This document shows positions 63,738-64,000 of a stretch of DNA of 64,000 nt, piece after piece (within the stretch, counting starts at the first letter, position 1; every line of letters starts with the position of its first letter). The stretch is taken from the NCBI GenBank assembly GCA_040437565.1, contig JBDOQK010000019.1, forward strand, positions 310,001 through 374,000. The letters run 5' to 3'. Origin of the DNA: Albugo candida (Eukaryota). The position numbers and the translations under genes were made by a program. Under the pieces are notes generated by a model. It was not told the DNA's origin and ran no database searches. It saw nothing but the letters and a program-made list of their open reading frames with translations.

Positions 63738-64000
63738 TAAGGGTGTTCGCCCGTAGTACTTTTATTTAGACACCTTTATGTTACTACAGTTTGGTGGTTA
63801 TCTACTCTATTCTAATCACTAGTATGTAACGCTCTGAAGAGCCCGGTCCAACTCCTATGCAGTTATTTTCTGGTGTAGTTGCCAGCGGTCTTGACACGTC
63901 CATATCTTCATTGAGTAGGTTGATATTTACGTGGAGGAATCTTTGCCTCCGCCGAGGGGCCCCATCGCAGCCCTTTTGCCACCGCCGGGATTCGAACCGG
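63738..64000 (-). mobile_element. tRNA-headed SINE-like repeat (head runs off the window edge)
   Basis: Minus strand begins ccGGTTCGAATCCcggcggtggca (Pol III B box, tRNA T-arm/acceptor-like), followed by a ~240-bp body shared with 16054-16295. Confidence 0.6.

Overview
Eukaryotic draft-assembly scaffold with short GT-AG introns, very compact gene spacing, and Ty3/Gypsy and LINE debris. Gene content and layout suggest an oomycete, plausibly Albugo-like (inference only). There are 18 gaps of 100 N, and many have the same sequence repeated on both sides, so several 'tandem duplicates' (TYW1, tilS, DnaJ, NME7) are probably assembly artefacts. From 1 to 30 kb the window is gene-sparse: an AAA ATPase, a decayed LINE RT, a 1379-aa lipase-3/J-domain/FFAT/EF-hand protein, a truncated Gypsy element bracketed by a ~388-bp duplication, and a diverged inverted duplication carrying a spliced UMP1/POMP gene that the ORF track does not show. 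From 30.8 to 53.2 kb is a dense housekeeping block: PH protein, ATP synthase epsilon, TYW1, NME7, an SHLD2/FAM35A-like triple-OB-fold protein, Rab8, VPS36, TilS, a membrane DnaJ and PCID2. From 53 to 64 kb it is repeat-rich: decayed multicopy genes, a Gypsy integrase fragment, an LTR with a 5-bp TSD splitting a coiled-coil gene, and a tRNA-headed SINE-like repeat. The best novelty candidates are the shieldin-2-like gene and the lipase-J-FFAT fusion. All family calls come from motif recognition by eye; no searches were run.
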